Shown piece after piece: positions 10,863 through 22,212 of a stretch of DNA of 64,000 nucleotides. Every line of letters starts with the position of its first letter. The first letter of the stretch is position 1. The notes beneath the pieces are model-generated. The model saw nothing but the letters and a program-made list of their open reading frames with translations, was not told the DNA's origin and did no database searches. Position numbers and translations under genes: made by a program. The DNA is from Candidatus Krumholzibacteriota bacterium (GTDB lineage: Bacteria; Krumholzibacteriota; Krumholzibacteriia; JAJRXK01): positions 192,001-256,000 of the forward strand of contig CAVXTH010000007.1 in the NCBI GenBank assembly GCA_963764625.1, given 5' to 3'.

Positions 10863-11885
10863 CTAGAAGGTCATTCCCAGGGAAAACGCCCCGAATGTGT
10901 CCGCCCCATTCTGTCCTTTGAACTGTTCGCTTCGCCAGACGAGAGTGAAGGTGGCGCACAGCGGCTTGCGGGCCAGGGTCGCCCCGGTCTGCAGATCCGC
11001 GACCACAACGCGCCTCTTCACGCTTGGACTGTCCACCAGAGTATTGCCGTCGAGGAAGAGATCGTGCAGCACCGTGTTCACTCCCATTCCCGCAAAGACG
11101 CACCATTTGATTCTTCGCGTGGAAGTAGAGAGCGCCGGGAAGGGATGGCTCGGACGCATGCCGGTGGGAGGGTAAAAGGAAGCCAGATCGTTCCCCAGAC
11201 GCACCTTGGTTCCCGCCGCGCCCTGAACGAGTACGTTGCCGAGGGTGGCCCCCACGTAGGGCACCAAATCCATCTCGACCTTGCCCACCAGGGGCAACTC
11301 GAAGCCCGAGTGCCCGGTGCGCCAACTGCGTTCCCTTTGCATCAAGATGGCGAACTCATCCGCGAGTTGGTATCCCAGCCTCTGGGCACAGGAGTGTGGA
11401 ATTGGCGGTGCATCCATCGCTGCACTTCTTTGCCGTAGGCATGGGGACCGACGATTCCCAATCGGAGCTCGAAGGCGTCGAACACCCTCGAGTCGTCCGT
11501 CAATACGCTGATCGATCCGTAGAGCCACCCCGCATAGGGCCGGTCGTAAAGAACGGGAAGGGATTCGAGGATATCCTCTGGCGTGTAGAGGTTCTGTCCC
11601 AGCGCGAAACTCGAGCGCCAGTTCCCCTCACCCAGGAAGAAGGGCGCGGACAGTCCCTTGGTCCACCCGGGGGCTCGATCGCGCCCGTGATGTACGCCAG
11701 CCGAAAACCATTGGTATAGTGGCGGTCGTCATGCCCCGGCGTGAAGGCGTCGTTCTCCCACAGCACGTTCCAGGTCCCGCCTCCTCGCGCTGCGGTGGGT
11801 GACGCGCGCGACAATCAAAGGGAGAGACAGAGAGAGCGAAAAGGAGGGAGCGCGACAATTGGGAGTCCAGATCTGTTCGGGCCAT
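10863..11885 (-). CDS. Lipid A 3-O-deacylase LpxR / DUF2219 family beta-barrel (3-4 frameshifts; could be a pseudogene)
   Basis: Pieces in successive frames: WENDAF..DRHYTNGFRL; LGQNLYTPEDI..DRPYAGWLY; GATLGNV, LFLDGNT, FGAFSLGMTF. Confidence 0.75.
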
Positions 11886-11995
11886 GAGCGCGGAGGCGAG
11901 TCGATTCGGGTATGGAGTGGACTCCAGTATGTGATGCACAACAAGGGTTGAGAACGAAGAGAGGACTCGATCCTCCGCTAGGTGAAAGGGGATCC

Positions 11996-13108
11996 ATGCA
12001 AATCGAACGGAACCGTCTGGAGCGCTACTTCGCTCGTCACGAATTCGAAGTGGAGCACTTGTTGTGCAGCAGTGATTGCGAGAGCTGGTCGGTCCGGGAG
12101 ATCCTCGCTCTCGAACCGGAAGCACTGAACAAATTTCTCACCCTCAGACTGGGCTACACCCCGTCGCAAGGAGATCCCGGGCTGCGCGATCAAATTGCTA
12201 CCCTCTATCGGGAACTCGACGCGGAGCAGATTCTCGTCCATGCGGGTGCCGAGGAGGCAATCTTCAATTTCATGAACGTCGTCTTGACCAAAGATGACCA
12301 TGTGATCGTGCAGGCACCGTGCTACCAGTCGTTGGCCGAGGTCGCCCGAGCGATTGGAGCCGAGGTCAGCGAATGGCGAGGGGATCCCGAGCGCGGTTGG
12401 GAGTTGGACCTTCAGCGACTCGGGGACCTCCTCACCGAACGTACCGCACTGGTGGTCGTGAACTTCCCCCACAATCCGACCGGATTCTTGCCGGACCGGG
12501 AGTTTCTTCTCAAACTATCTCGGCTCTCGGAGTCACGGGGATTTCTGGTCTTCTCCGACGAAGTGTACCGTGGCCTCGAATTCGAAGCAGCGGACCAGCT
12601 CCCGGCTTTCGCCGATTTGAACGAGCGCGCCGTCTCGCTTTCAGTGGTGAGCAAGTCGTACGGATTGGCAGGTTTGAGAATCGGATGGATTGCAAGCCAA
12701 AACGAGCATCTGCTGCGCGAACTCGCTGCCTTCAAAGATTACACAACGATTTGCAGCAGTGCTCCCAGCGAGTTTTTGGCGACCATCGCCCTGCAAAACG
12801 GAGAAAAACTCCTCGAGCGGAACCGCGCGATTCTCCGCGCCAACTTGCACGAGTTGGATGGATTTTTCTCCCTCCACTGCGAACTCTTCGACTGGCAACC
12901 CCCGAAGGCCGGGTCCATCGCCTTTCCGCGCCTTCGCAAGGGGGAGGTCGAGGACTTCTGCGCCCGGCTCCGGGAGGAGTGCGGGGTCCTGCTCCTTCCC
13001 GGCACCGTCTACGGCGCCTACCCCAAGAACTTCCGTATCGGCTTTGGCCGCAAGGACTTGCTGCTTGGCCTCAGTCGGTTCGAGGAGTTCCTGCGGGCGC
13101 ACCCATAA
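11996..13108 (+). CDS. PLP-dependent aminotransferase class I/II
   Basis: NFPHNPTG, FSDEVY, PLP-lysine motif SKSYGLAGLRIGW, FRIGFG. Confidence 0.92.
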   Translation: MQIERNRLERYFARHEFEVEHLLCSSDCESWSVREILALEPEALNKFLTLRLGYTPSQGDPGLRDQIATLYRELDAEQILVHAGAEEAIFNFMNVVLTKDDHVIVQAPCYQSLAEVARAIGAEVSEWRGDPERGWELDLQRLGDLLTERTALVVVNFPHNPTGFLPDREFLLKLSRLSESRGFLVFSDEVYRGLEFEAADQLPAFADLNERAVSLSVVSKSYGLAGLRIGWIASQNEHLLRELAAFKDYTTICSSAPSEFLATIALQNGEKLLERNRAILRANLHELDGFFSLHCELFDWQPPKAGSIAFPRLRKGEVEDFCARLREECGVLLLPGTVYGAYPKNFRIGFGRKDLLLGLSRFEEFLRAHP

Positions 13109-13187
13109 ACCTTTGCCGGCCCTGGTGCGTCCAGTTCAGCGGAGAGTGCTTTGCCCTCGATTTCCCGATTGGAGTCCAGAATTGCCC

Positions 13188-14174
13188 ATGCGCAGCCCAA
13201 GTTCCCGCTTCAGCTCTTTCGCCCTCTTGTTCCTGACCCTGTCCGCGTGCTCCCGAGCGGGCGGGGGAGGAATGACGGTCCAACCGACCGAGTTGAGCTA
13301 CCTCAGCCACGGAGACACGCTTGTCGCAACGCTGCTTCTGCCCGCGGGGAAGGGACCCTTCCCGGGTGCCGTCATCGTGCATGGATCGGGAAGTAGCGAT
13401 CGCAGAAACCCCTGGACTCAGGCCTACGTGGAGGCACTGGTGCAGCGAGGGATCGCAGTTCTTTACCCGGACAAGCGTGGTTCGGGGAACTCGCAAGGCG
13501 ACTGGCATGCCGCCACTTTCGAACTCTTGGCCGACGATGCTCTCGCTGGCTTCGAGCAACTGCTGGGGGTTCCCAAAGTCGATCCGGAGCGTGCGGGCCT
13601 GATCGGATTCAGCCAAGGGGGCGACATCGTCCCTCTCACGGCCACGCGTTCCACCCGTGTCCGTTTCGCTATCGACGTCTCCGGTTCGGTGGTCCCGCTG
13701 CTGGAGCAGATTGGAGACGAGATCCGTCAGGCCGGACTCCAAGAAGGGTTGCACGAGGAGCAATTGCAGTCGCTGCAAGAGATCCACCGGCTCGGCTCAC
13801 GCTACGCGCTGAACGGAGATGGTTGGCAGGACTATCGAGAGGCTCTTCGCGCGGCGCAGACCGGCCTCTTGAAAGGCAGCGCCGTTCTCGGCGAATTTCC
13901 ACAAACTCCGGATTCAGCGGCCTGGACGTTCGCGCGCGCAGTGGGCAACTTCGACCCTTACCGTACTGGAAGCAACGGATCCGGGTCTCCTCCTCTAGGG
14001 CGGCAAGGATCGGAACGGCGAGGTACCCGAGAGCGTAGAGATCATCGAGCGGACCTTCAGCGCCAGACGCTCCAGCCAAGGCGTCTTGCTCTGCGGGAGC
14101 GAACGATCACGCACTGTTGTGACGACGCCATGGACTTCATCGCGCGCTGGATTCGCGACAAGGGAATCGACTAA
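13188..14174 (+). CDS. Alpha/beta hydrolase lipoprotein (C-terminal part scrambled by indels)
   Basis: Lipobox LSAC, VHGSG, DKRGSG, nucleophile elbow GFSQGG; FDPLPYWK continuation lies in an alternate frame near 13960. Confidence 0.8.
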   Translation: MRSPSSRFSSFALLFLTLSACSRAGGGGMTVQPTELSYLSHGDTLVATLLLPAGKGPFPGAVIVHGSGSSDRRNPWTQAYVEALVQRGIAVLYPDKRGSGNSQGDWHAATFELLADDALAGFEQLLGVPKVDPERAGLIGFSQGGDIVPLTATRSTRVRFAIDVSGSVVPLLEQIGDEIRQAGLQEGLHEEQLQSLQEIHRLGSRYALNGDGWQDYREALRAAQTGLLKGSAVLGEFPQTPDSAAWTFARAVGNFDPYRTGSNGSGSPPLGRQGSERRGTRERRDHRADLQRQTLQPRRLALRERTITHCCDDAMDFIARWIRDKGID

Positions 14175-14262
14175 TTGAAGCTGCACCCACGGAGACACCG
14201 TGGGTGCAGCTCCTCGGTCGCCTCTCTGGTCCCTCAATCGCTTCTTCTCGTACCGCATGCCT

Positions 14263-15144
14263 CTACCTGAGTCGCCCGGCCGGATAGTCCAGGGTGACCC
14301 GGCCAAGCTTTTCGAGGAAGTTGTTGCTCACGAATCCCCTTGCCTTCGGATTGGCGAAGTATCCGATTTCGGGCTGAACGATGACGAAGGCGTGGTCCAA
14401 TTCGAGGAGCCCGAACTGGGCTCGGGGGATGCGCGCGACCGGCAGCTCGACCGGCTTGCCGTCGGCACCAGCGCCTTGAAACTGAGTGCTGGGATGCAGG
14501 TCCGGATGGAGTTTGCAGAGTTCCTCCCACACCACAGTGGGTATGTTCACGTAGACATCGGGCGTCGCAAACAAACTGGCCCCGGTGTCGATGCGCAACC
14601 AGGTGGAAAGCCCGCCGAGAGATGCTTCAATGGCCGGAATTCCCTGATCGAGGTTCATGGCGATACCGTTCGACGAGTCTTCAGTCGCGGAGGGGTTGAA
14701 GAGCAGCTGGTGCGTCGCGAAGTCGATCGTAAGCGCGAAGTGTGCGAGCGCATCCGATCCCAGGATCAGGTCGAGCGAACGCCCTTCGGGTGCGAGGCCC
14801 GTCAGCGCGCGCCTGGTGGCCCGAAGGGGAGGTAGCAACAGCGATCCCAAACGGAGGCTGTCGACCTGTACGATTTCACTCGTCACGGTGCCGGTCGTGC
14901 CCACGACCTCCGAGCTATCCAGCGCGACAGCTTCAGCGCTGCAGCGGGGATCGATGGCCGAGGTGTTGGCCCCCGTGTCGAGAAGTGCGAGCCGGGGCGG
15001 TTGTCCCGGCAGCAGAACGTCCACGAAGATCAGACCATATTCCCATTGGAAGGGTATGGGATGCATTGGTGCCGCGCTGGCCAAAGTCGTGTGGGTGAGG
15101 AGGATAAACGTCACGAGGGCAATGAAGCTGGAGGCCGAACTCAC
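14263..15144 (-). CDS. Secreted retropepsin-like aspartyl protease with two domains
   Basis: LLDTGA and RIDTGA motifs, ILGSD..LTIDF; signal peptide; GTGA overlap with the upstream gene. Confidence 0.82.
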   Translation of the reverse strand: MSSASSFIALVTFILLTHTTLASAAPMHPIPFQWEYGLIFVDVLLPGQPPRLALLDTGANTSAIDPRCSAEAVALDSSEVVGTTGTVTSEIVQVDSLRLGSLLLPPLRATRRALTGLAPEGRSLDLILGSDALAHFALTIDFATHQLLFNPSATEDSSNGIAMNLDQGIPAIEASLGGLSTWLRIDTGASLFATPDVYVNIPTVVWEELCKLHPDLHPSTQFQGAGADGKPVELPVARIPRAQFGLLELDHAFVIVQPEIGYFANPKARGFVSNNFLEKLGRVTLDYPAGRLR

Positions 15145-15806
15145 TGGGAATCGTCCTCCAGGCACTTGCGGCAGGCTTCATCCGTGAACCGTTTACGGCA
15201 TTCCCTCAGGACTTCCTCTTTCGAGTACTTCTGCAGCGCCTCGCGATAGGCGTTGCAAGGACCCTCGCCCAGCTGGACCGGCGGCTCTTGGTAGAGGACC
15301 TGCCCATCCTTGACCGCGGTGAGCCTCGATCCGCTCGCGTCAGAGCGGAGCTCGATGCTGTCCTTCCCATGCCAGAGGGAAAGAGCGGATCCCTGGACGG
15401 GGTCGGCGACGAACAGTGTGGTCTGACCTTTCCGCGAGTCGAGTGTAAGGCCGACGTTGCCCGACGGAGACCAGGTGACGTAGCCGCCGCGCTCCTGTCC
15501 GGAGTCATCGTAGAGGATCACGCCGGCCGCGTGTTCACCCCGCGGCACCCGCTTTCCCTGAATGACAGCGTCGGGGACATCCCCCGAAATCCGCACGCGC
15601 ACGACGCCCGTAGAGTCCTCCACGACCAGCTCGCGGACTCGTAGCGACTCTCGAGAGGACTCCGGACTCTTCGCCAAGCTGGTGCCGTTGAACAGGGCGC
15701 CGCCAATTCCCACCGCCAAAAGGCCGAGAAATACGACCGCGAGCCACTCGAGGCGCCGAATGCGTCTTTCGTATCCATCGATCAACGTTTTGATCTCGCG
15801 TTCCAT
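15141..15806 (-). CDS. Hypothetical membrane-anchored protein with Cys-rich C-terminus
   Basis: N-terminal coiled segment plus one TM helix, beta-rich body, four Cys at the end; coupled to the protease gene. Confidence 0.7.
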   Translation of the reverse strand: MEREIKTLIDGYERRIRRLEWLAVVFLGLLAVGIGGALFNGTSLAKSPESSRESLRVRELVVEDSTGVVRVRISGDVPDAVIQGKRVPRGEHAAGVILYDDSGQERGGYVTWSPSGNVGLTLDSRKGQTTLFVADPVQGSALSLWHGKDSIELRSDASGSRLTAVKDGQVLYQEPPVQLGEGPCNAYREALQKYSKEEVLRECRKRFTDEACRKCLEDDSQ

Positions 15807-15968
15807 GGGACAACCTACCGGGCAAGGGTATTTTAGGGGAAGGGAGCGATCTCTCTACGCGTGAGGGCGCCGGTGAGTTTCGATGCGCTGGGAAGTGACA
15901 CCCTGTGCTATGTTCGGAGGGCATCCCTGGGTGCTGCGCGCCCTTCGTCACCCGGACAAGCATTGGTC

Positions 15969-18428
15969 ATGGACGACAAAACCCTCGATCTCAATCAAGG
16001 CGGCGACGAGCCGTTCGAAGAGCAGGAGTCACTCTCTGCCGCCGAGATGCCTCGTCGCATCGGACATTACCGTCTCATTCGCTTGATCGGCGAAGGCGGG
16101 ATGGGGCAGGTGTACGAGGCCGAGCAAGTCGAGCCGTCTCAAACGCAAGGTCGCCCTGAAGATCGTCAAACGCGGCATGGACACGAAGGAGTTCGTGGCC
16201 CGCTTCGACTCCGAGCGTCAGGCTCTGGCGCTCATGGATCACCCCGCCATCGCCACGTGTCCACGACGCGGGAACCACCGAGGGTGGCCGTCCCTACTTC
16301 GTCATGGAGTTCGTCGAAGGCGAGCCCCTGATCGACTACTGCGATCGCAAGCAGCTCACGGTTCGATCAGCGACTCGAGCTCTTCGTCCGTGTGTGTGAA
16401 GGCGTCCAGCACGCGCATCAGAAAGTCATCATCCACCGCGATCTGAAGCCTTCGAACGTTCTGGTGACCGAGATCGACGGCACCCCGATTCCCAAGATCA
16501 TCGATTTCGGTGTAGCCAAGGTCACGGACAGCAAGGTGTTCGACAACACCATGTCGACATTTGCCGGTCAGTTGATTGGAACTCCGCAGTACATGAGCCC
16601 CGAGCAAGCGGATGCGGCGGGGCAGGGAATCGACATCCGGGTGGATGTCTACGCCCTCGGAGTCATCCTCTACGAACTGCTCGTGGGACAGTTGCCGTTT
16701 CCCGCCGAACGTTGGGAGAACATCGGTCTGACGGAGATGCTCCGGATCATTCGCGAAGAGGAGCCGCCCCCGCCCAGCGTGCGCGCGAAGGAACTTGAAG
16801 CCCACCCCGAGATTCTGAGTGTCATCGCCGAAGCACGCCGACTCGAACCGAATGCACTGGCCAAGACCCTGCGTGGTGATCTCGACTGGATCACGATGCG
16901 CGCGCTCGAGAAAGACCGCACGCGTCGTTACGAAACAGTCAAAGGTTTTTCCATTGATGTCGTGCGCTACCTGGACGACATGCCGGTCAGCGCGCGCCCG
17001 CCGAGCAAAGTGTACACGGTGAGGAAATTCATCCGTCGGCATCGTACCGGCGTAGTCGCGGGAGCTCTGGTTCTAATTGCCGTCCTACTGGGAATCATTG
17101 GCACCACCACCGGCATGATCCGTGCGGTACGAGCCGAGCACGCCGCCAGTCAGGAGGCTCAAACCGCGACCAAGGTTACCGATTTTCTCGTCAATCTCTT
17201 CGAGGTTTCCGACCCCGACCAAACCCGTGGTAACACGATCACCGCCCGTGAGATTCTCGACCAGGGCTCCGAGCGCGTTTCCAAAGAGCTGCAAGGGCAA
17301 CCGGAGACCGGGGCGCGACTGATGAACACCATCGGGAAGGTGTACAAGAACCTGGGTCTGTACGACGAGGCCGAGCCCAAGCTGAGCGAGGCGGTGGACC
17401 TGAGGCGCTCGGTTACCGGACCCGACGACCCTAAAGTTGCCGGATTCCAGGCGGACCTGGCCGACCTCTACATTGATCAGGGACGCTATCCCGAAGCGCA
17501 GCAGATGCTGGAGCAGGCACTGAACAAGATGGAGCGCAGCGGAAACGTGAGCGAGCTCAAACTGGCGGACAGCATGAACGAGCTGGCCGGGGCCCTTCGC
17601 CGCCAGGGCGAGTACGACGCCGCGCAACCTCTCTACGAGAGGGCAAGGGAGATTCGGATCAAGGAGTTGGGGAAGGATGCCCCTGCGGTGGCGAGCAGCG
17701 ACAACAGCCTGGCCATCCTCAACTGGAACAGGGGCCAATTCGACGAAGCGGAACGGCTCTACAAGTCGGCGCTTGCGATTTGGGAGAAGGCCTACGGCGA
17801 GAATCACTCGGACGTCGCCAAGGGGCTGAACAATCTGGCTGTGCTTTACCACCATCTGGAACGCTACGACGAGGCGGTTCCGCTCTACCTGCGGGCGATC
17901 GCGATCTACGAGAAAATCCTCGGACCCGATCATCCTCGAACTGCCGCAGCTTTCAACAACCTCGCGCTGGTTTACTCGGAACAGAAGAACTACAAGCTGG
18001 CGAGACAATATTATACTCGCGCGCTGGATATCAGGGAGCGCGTGCTGGGTCTCGATCATCCCGACGTAGCCCAAACCCTCAACAACTTGGCCAACCTGGA
18101 TCGTGACGAGGGGCAGTACGCGACTGCCGAGTCTCTTTATGAGCGCGCCCTCGCCATCCGTACCTCTGCCCTGGGCGCCGATCATGCCGACGTGGGCTGG
18201 AGTCTGCGCGACCTGGCGGTTCTGGCCTCCGATCGGGGCAAACAGGCGTGCGCGGACAGCATGTTCACCCGCGCCACCGACATTCTCTCCGCCGCGTTGG
18301 GCCCCTCCCACCCCGATCTGACCGAAGTTCTCGACGAGCATGCCGCGACCCTGATCAAGTTGGGAAAGAAAGCGGAGGCAGACAGTCTGAAGGCTCGCGC
18401 GGCCGCAATTCACGCCCAGAGTCGATGA
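15969..18428 (+). CDS. Hanks-type Ser/Thr kinase with TM helix and C-terminal TPR array (about 3 frameshifts, 16140-16370)
   Basis: [25 protein letters not shown] (alternate frames), [21 protein letters not shown]; TM helix; kinesin-light-chain-like TPRs ([12 protein letters not shown]). Confidence 0.9.
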
Positions 18429-18587
18429 CGATTGAATTGCAATGGTGAGTCTGCTACCGTAATGCGGTACTGCAAGTAGCGCACGCCCGTGCCCGCCAGC
18501 TCCAGACCTACCGGCGATCTCCCACGGTACAGTCCGTGGCCAGCGGCCCGGCGATCCACCTTTCGTTACGGTCAATTGGGGGGCAAC

Positions 18588-19937
18588 ATGAAACTCGCGC
18601 GCATCCCGTTCCTGATCTTGACCTTCGCCGTTCTCTCCCTCGTCGCTTGTTCTAGTGGGCAGGATCCAACTGGAGTTGATCCGGCGGCCCAAAACGTGAT
18701 TCTCGACTTGAACCACTCGGTTACGGGAACTGACTGTCAGGGAGGTCCTAATCAATGGCTTACCTGGTCCGCTTCGACGGACGGACCGTGGACGAAGCCG
18801 GTACCACCTTCAGCTATACGGTGACCAACACCGGCGAGGAACCCGACCTTACCCACTTCATTCTCGAGATTCCTGGATGCGTGGATGATCCAGTTTCCTA
18901 CTACCCGGACGACGGGGTTTGCATCCACGAAGACGATCTCACTGAAATCTACGGTCTTGACTGGCAACTCTGCGTCTCATGCGGGGATGAGGTGGGCTGC
19001 CACTACTCGGTGACCTACCCGGGTGTGGTGCCGCTCGGCGAGGTGAGTTCCGCGGTGCGAACCAGCTGTGGCTCTGGGGTTGGCGTCGTTCCAGGGCCCG
19101 GCTGTGGGTACGAAATCTCCGGCCGCGTGTTCATGGACGCCGACCAGAATGGCCTGCTCGACTCCGACGAATCTGGTATCAGCAACGTGGTCGTGGAACT
19201 GCTTGACGCCACTGGCAACGTGCAGACCATGACGACCGATGAAACCGGTGCGTACGCCTTCCAGGAGAACCAGGGCGACTACACGATTTACATCAATACC
19301 GACGGTACCCTCTATCCGGATTCCTTCAACGCCCAGCTAGGCCAAACTTTCGACCCGACAACCCCGCTCATGGTCGAGGTCACGGTCGGTCCCGACTCGC
19401 CCGACCACAACTTTGGCTTTCATCCCCAGACGCAAGAACTCATTTATGAATTGGAGACCGGGGAGATACAGACCACGGGTCTGTCCGTGAAATACTGGAA
19501 AAAGACCCTGAAGAAAGCCCTACAAATGAAAGGCCCGACGCGGGACTACGGCCTGGAAACTCTCATCGGTTACGTCGATGATATCCGAGGACTCTTCATC
19601 GAGGACCCATTTGCTTTCGCGGATGGAGTCGAGGGTGTGCAGCAAGCCTTCGAGATTCTGAAGGGCCACTCCAAGGAACCGGTCGACGTCCTGCTGAGGG
19701 AGCTTCTCGCCACAGAGCTCAACCAAGTTTCCCATCAGGGACTACTCCGCAAGCCTAGACCTGCAGCTCACACTCATCTCCTGGGGTGAGTCCATCGTCG
19801 CCCAAGAGTGGGCGCCGCAGGCGCCCGCTCAAGAGACGCGATCACCCCGCTCGGAGCCCACAGGGGGCAATCTCGTGGACGCGCTCACGCTCTTCGAGCT
19901 GATGAATACCGGCGGAGGCGGTAGCGTGGACGAGTAG
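18588..19937 (+). CDS. Lipoprotein with SdrD B-like domain (frameshifts ~18750 and ~19750)
   Basis: Lipobox LVAC; ISGRVFMDADQNGLLDSDESGISNVVVELLD..TTDETGAYAF..NFGF; third frame ends ...TGGGGSVDE-stop at 19937. Confidence 0.75.
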
Positions 19938-19945
19938 AGGTCGAG

Positions 19946-21301
19946 TTGGTGCGAGTTCATCGTTTTCGTTTCTCTTGCCCGCTCGCGATCCGCCTCGGAG
20001 TCGCGAGCGGGCTCTTTTTGCTCCTTGCCAGCACCGGCTGCACGCAAAGGTCGCATTCCGGAGATTCTCGCGAAGTCCTGTCCATTTGGGCCCATGCGGG
20101 TCGCGCGGACGAGCGAAAGATCCTCCAATCCCAGGTGCGACGTTTCAACTTTGAACATCAGGACTTCCAGGCGAAACTGACTCTTCTTCCCGAGGGCTCC
20201 TACAACGGACAGGTGCAGGCATCCGCGGTTGCGGGCGACCTGCCGGCCGTACTCGAGCTCGATGGACCCTACGTGGCGAACTATGCCTGGCAGAGACGGC
20301 TCCGTGCGCTCGATGGTCTGCTGAATCCGCAACTGCGTGACGACTTCCTTCCTTCGTTGCTGCAGCAGGGGAGCTACCGCGACAGCCTGTACGCCATCGG
20401 CACCTTCGATTCAGGACTGGGCCTCTACGCCCGCCGGTCGGCGCTGGAGGAGATCGGGGCACGAGTGCCGAGTTCCGCCAGTGAGGCTTGGAGTGTCGAA
20501 GAGTTCGAACGCATCCTGGCCGCCCTCGCACAGCGGGACGAGGACGGAATGGTCCTCGATCTCGGTCTGAACAACACGGGGGAGTGGTTTGCCTACGGCT
20601 TTTCCCCGGTGCTCCAATCCGCCGGAGCTGACCTGATCGAGCGGGGTGGAACCCCGAGGGCGGAGGGAACCCTGGATGGGCCGGCGTCCGTGGCGGCGCT
20701 GCAGCACATCCAGGACTGGATCGTGCACGGCTACGTCGATCCCAATCTGGATGATGCGGCGTTTTCCTCCGGTCGGGTGGCCTTGTCGTGGTCCGGACAC
20801 TGGAAATTCAGCAGCTTCTGCCCCAAAGGCGACTGTGAGGACTTGGTCCTCTTGCCACTACCCGATTTTGGGAAGGGCTCGCGCACCGGACAGGGCTCCT
20901 GGTGTTGGGCCGTCACAACCAACTGCAATCATCCTCGACGGGCTGCAGCGTTTCTGGAGTTCTTGTTGCGCACTCCGGAGATCCTGGCCATGACGAACGC
21001 CAATCACGCGGTGCCGGGTACGAAGAGCGCCATTGCCACCTCCGCCGACTATCGTGAGGGCGGGCCCCTGCATCTATTCGCCGCGCAGCTGAGCGGAGGC
21101 TTCGCGGTGCCACGTCCGCGCACGCCCGCCTATCCCATCATCAGTTCCGCCTTTCGGAAGGCCTTTCTCGACATCCGGGCCGGCGGACCTGTAAAAAGAG
21201 CATTGCAACGTGCCGCGAAACTGATCGATCGCGACCTCGCCGACAACCACGGTTATCCCGATCGGAGGAAGGCGTCGACCCACGAAGGGAAACGACGATG
21301 A
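19946..21301 (+). CDS. Carbohydrate ABC transporter substrate-binding lipoprotein
   Basis: Lipobox STGC, AGDLPAVLELDGPY, PRPRTPAYPIIS; first gene of a CUT1-type operon. Confidence 0.88.
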   Translation: MVRVHRFRFSCPLAIRLGVASGLFLLLASTGCTQRSHSGDSREVLSIWAHAGRADERKILQSQVRRFNFEHQDFQAKLTLLPEGSYNGQVQASAVAGDLPAVLELDGPYVANYAWQRRLRALDGLLNPQLRDDFLPSLLQQGSYRDSLYAIGTFDSGLGLYARRSALEEIGARVPSSASEAWSVEEFERILAALAQRDEDGMVLDLGLNNTGEWFAYGFSPVLQSAGADLIERGGTPRAEGTLDGPASVAALQHIQDWIVHGYVDPNLDDAAFSSGRVALSWSGHWKFSSFCPKGDCEDLVLLPLPDFGKGSRTGQGSWCWAVTTNCNHPRRAAAFLEFLLRTPEILAMTNANHAVPGTKSAIATSADYREGGPLHLFAAQLSGGFAVPRPRTPAYPIISSAFRKAFLDIRAGGPVKRALQRAAKLIDRDLADNHGYPDRRKASTHEGKRR

Positions 21302-22212
21302 AGAGCAATCCTCGAGTCGGCGAGTTCGGCGACGCGCAGGCGCGCGCCGCCTGGCTCATGGTGACGCCAGCCGTGGTGGGGTTGGTTCTCTTCGTCGCGG
21401 TTCCCTTTGTTCTGGCGGTGGCGATCTCGCTGACCAATCTTAGGCTCGGTGCACCCCTGCCGCTGGAATTCGTGGGGCTCCGCCAGTATGCGCGCATCTT
21501 CTCCGATCCCGCCTTCCTTCGGGCCTTGGTCAACAATACCGTTTTCGCACTGATCGTCGTGCCGGTTCAGACCTCGCTTGCGCTCGCGCTCGCGCTACTC
21601 CTGAATCGCAAACTGCGCGGCATGGTCGTGTTCCGCACCCTTTTCTTCATGCCGGTGGTCTTTCCGCTTTCTTTGGTCGCGGTGGTGTGGATTCTCATCT
21701 TCGCACCGAGCGCGCAGGGAATGATGAATGTCTTTCTCAGCCGCCTCAGTTTCGGCGCCTGGCAACCGCATGACTTTCTGCATGACCCCGTGTTGGCGCT
21801 GCCTTCGATCATGCTGACCTCGATTTGGCAGGGAACCGGATTTCAGATGGTCATTCTTCTGGCCGGATTGCAGTCGATTCCACAGCAGCTCTACGACGCG
21901 GCCCAGATCGACGGCGCGAATTCCTGGCGCCGCTTCCTCCACATAACGCTGCCGCAGCTGCGCAGCCCTCTGACTTTCGTGGTCATCGTAACCTCGATCC
22001 TCTCGTTTCGCGTCTTCGATCAGGTTCGGGTCATGACGCAGGGAGGGCCCAGCAACGCCTCGACGACCGTCATCTACGAGGCGGTGCGCAGCGCATTCGA
22101 TCGGGCCCAACTCGCGCAGGGCGCTGCCATGACCGTGGTGTTCTTCGTGTTGGTGCTGGGCATCACGCTGCTCTTGCATCGGGTCTTCCGACAGGAGGGT
22201 GAGATCAGATGA
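21298..22212 (+). CDS. Carbohydrate ABC transporter permease (MalF-like)
   Basis: FVGLRQY, EAA loop LQSIPQQLYDAAQIDGA, ITLPQL. Confidence 0.92.
   Translation: MKSNPRVGEFGDAQARAAWLMVTPAVVGLVLFVAVPFVLAVAISLTNLRLGAPLPLEFVGLRQYARIFSDPAFLRALVNNTVFALIVVPVQTSLALALALLLNRKLRGMVVFRTLFFMPVVFPLSLVAVVWILIFAPSAQGMMNVFLSRLSFGAWQPHDFLHDPVLALPSIMLTSIWQGTGFQMVILLAGLQSIPQQLYDAAQIDGANSWRRFLHITLPQLRSPLTFVVIVTSILSFRVFDQVRVMTQGGPSNASTTVIYEAVRSAFDRAQLAQGAAMTVVFFVLVLGITLLLHRVFRQEGEIR

Noticed and set aside
11996-14174. Secondary-metabolite cluster around the aminotransferase
   Set aside because: No NRPS, PKS or tailoring genes adjacent.
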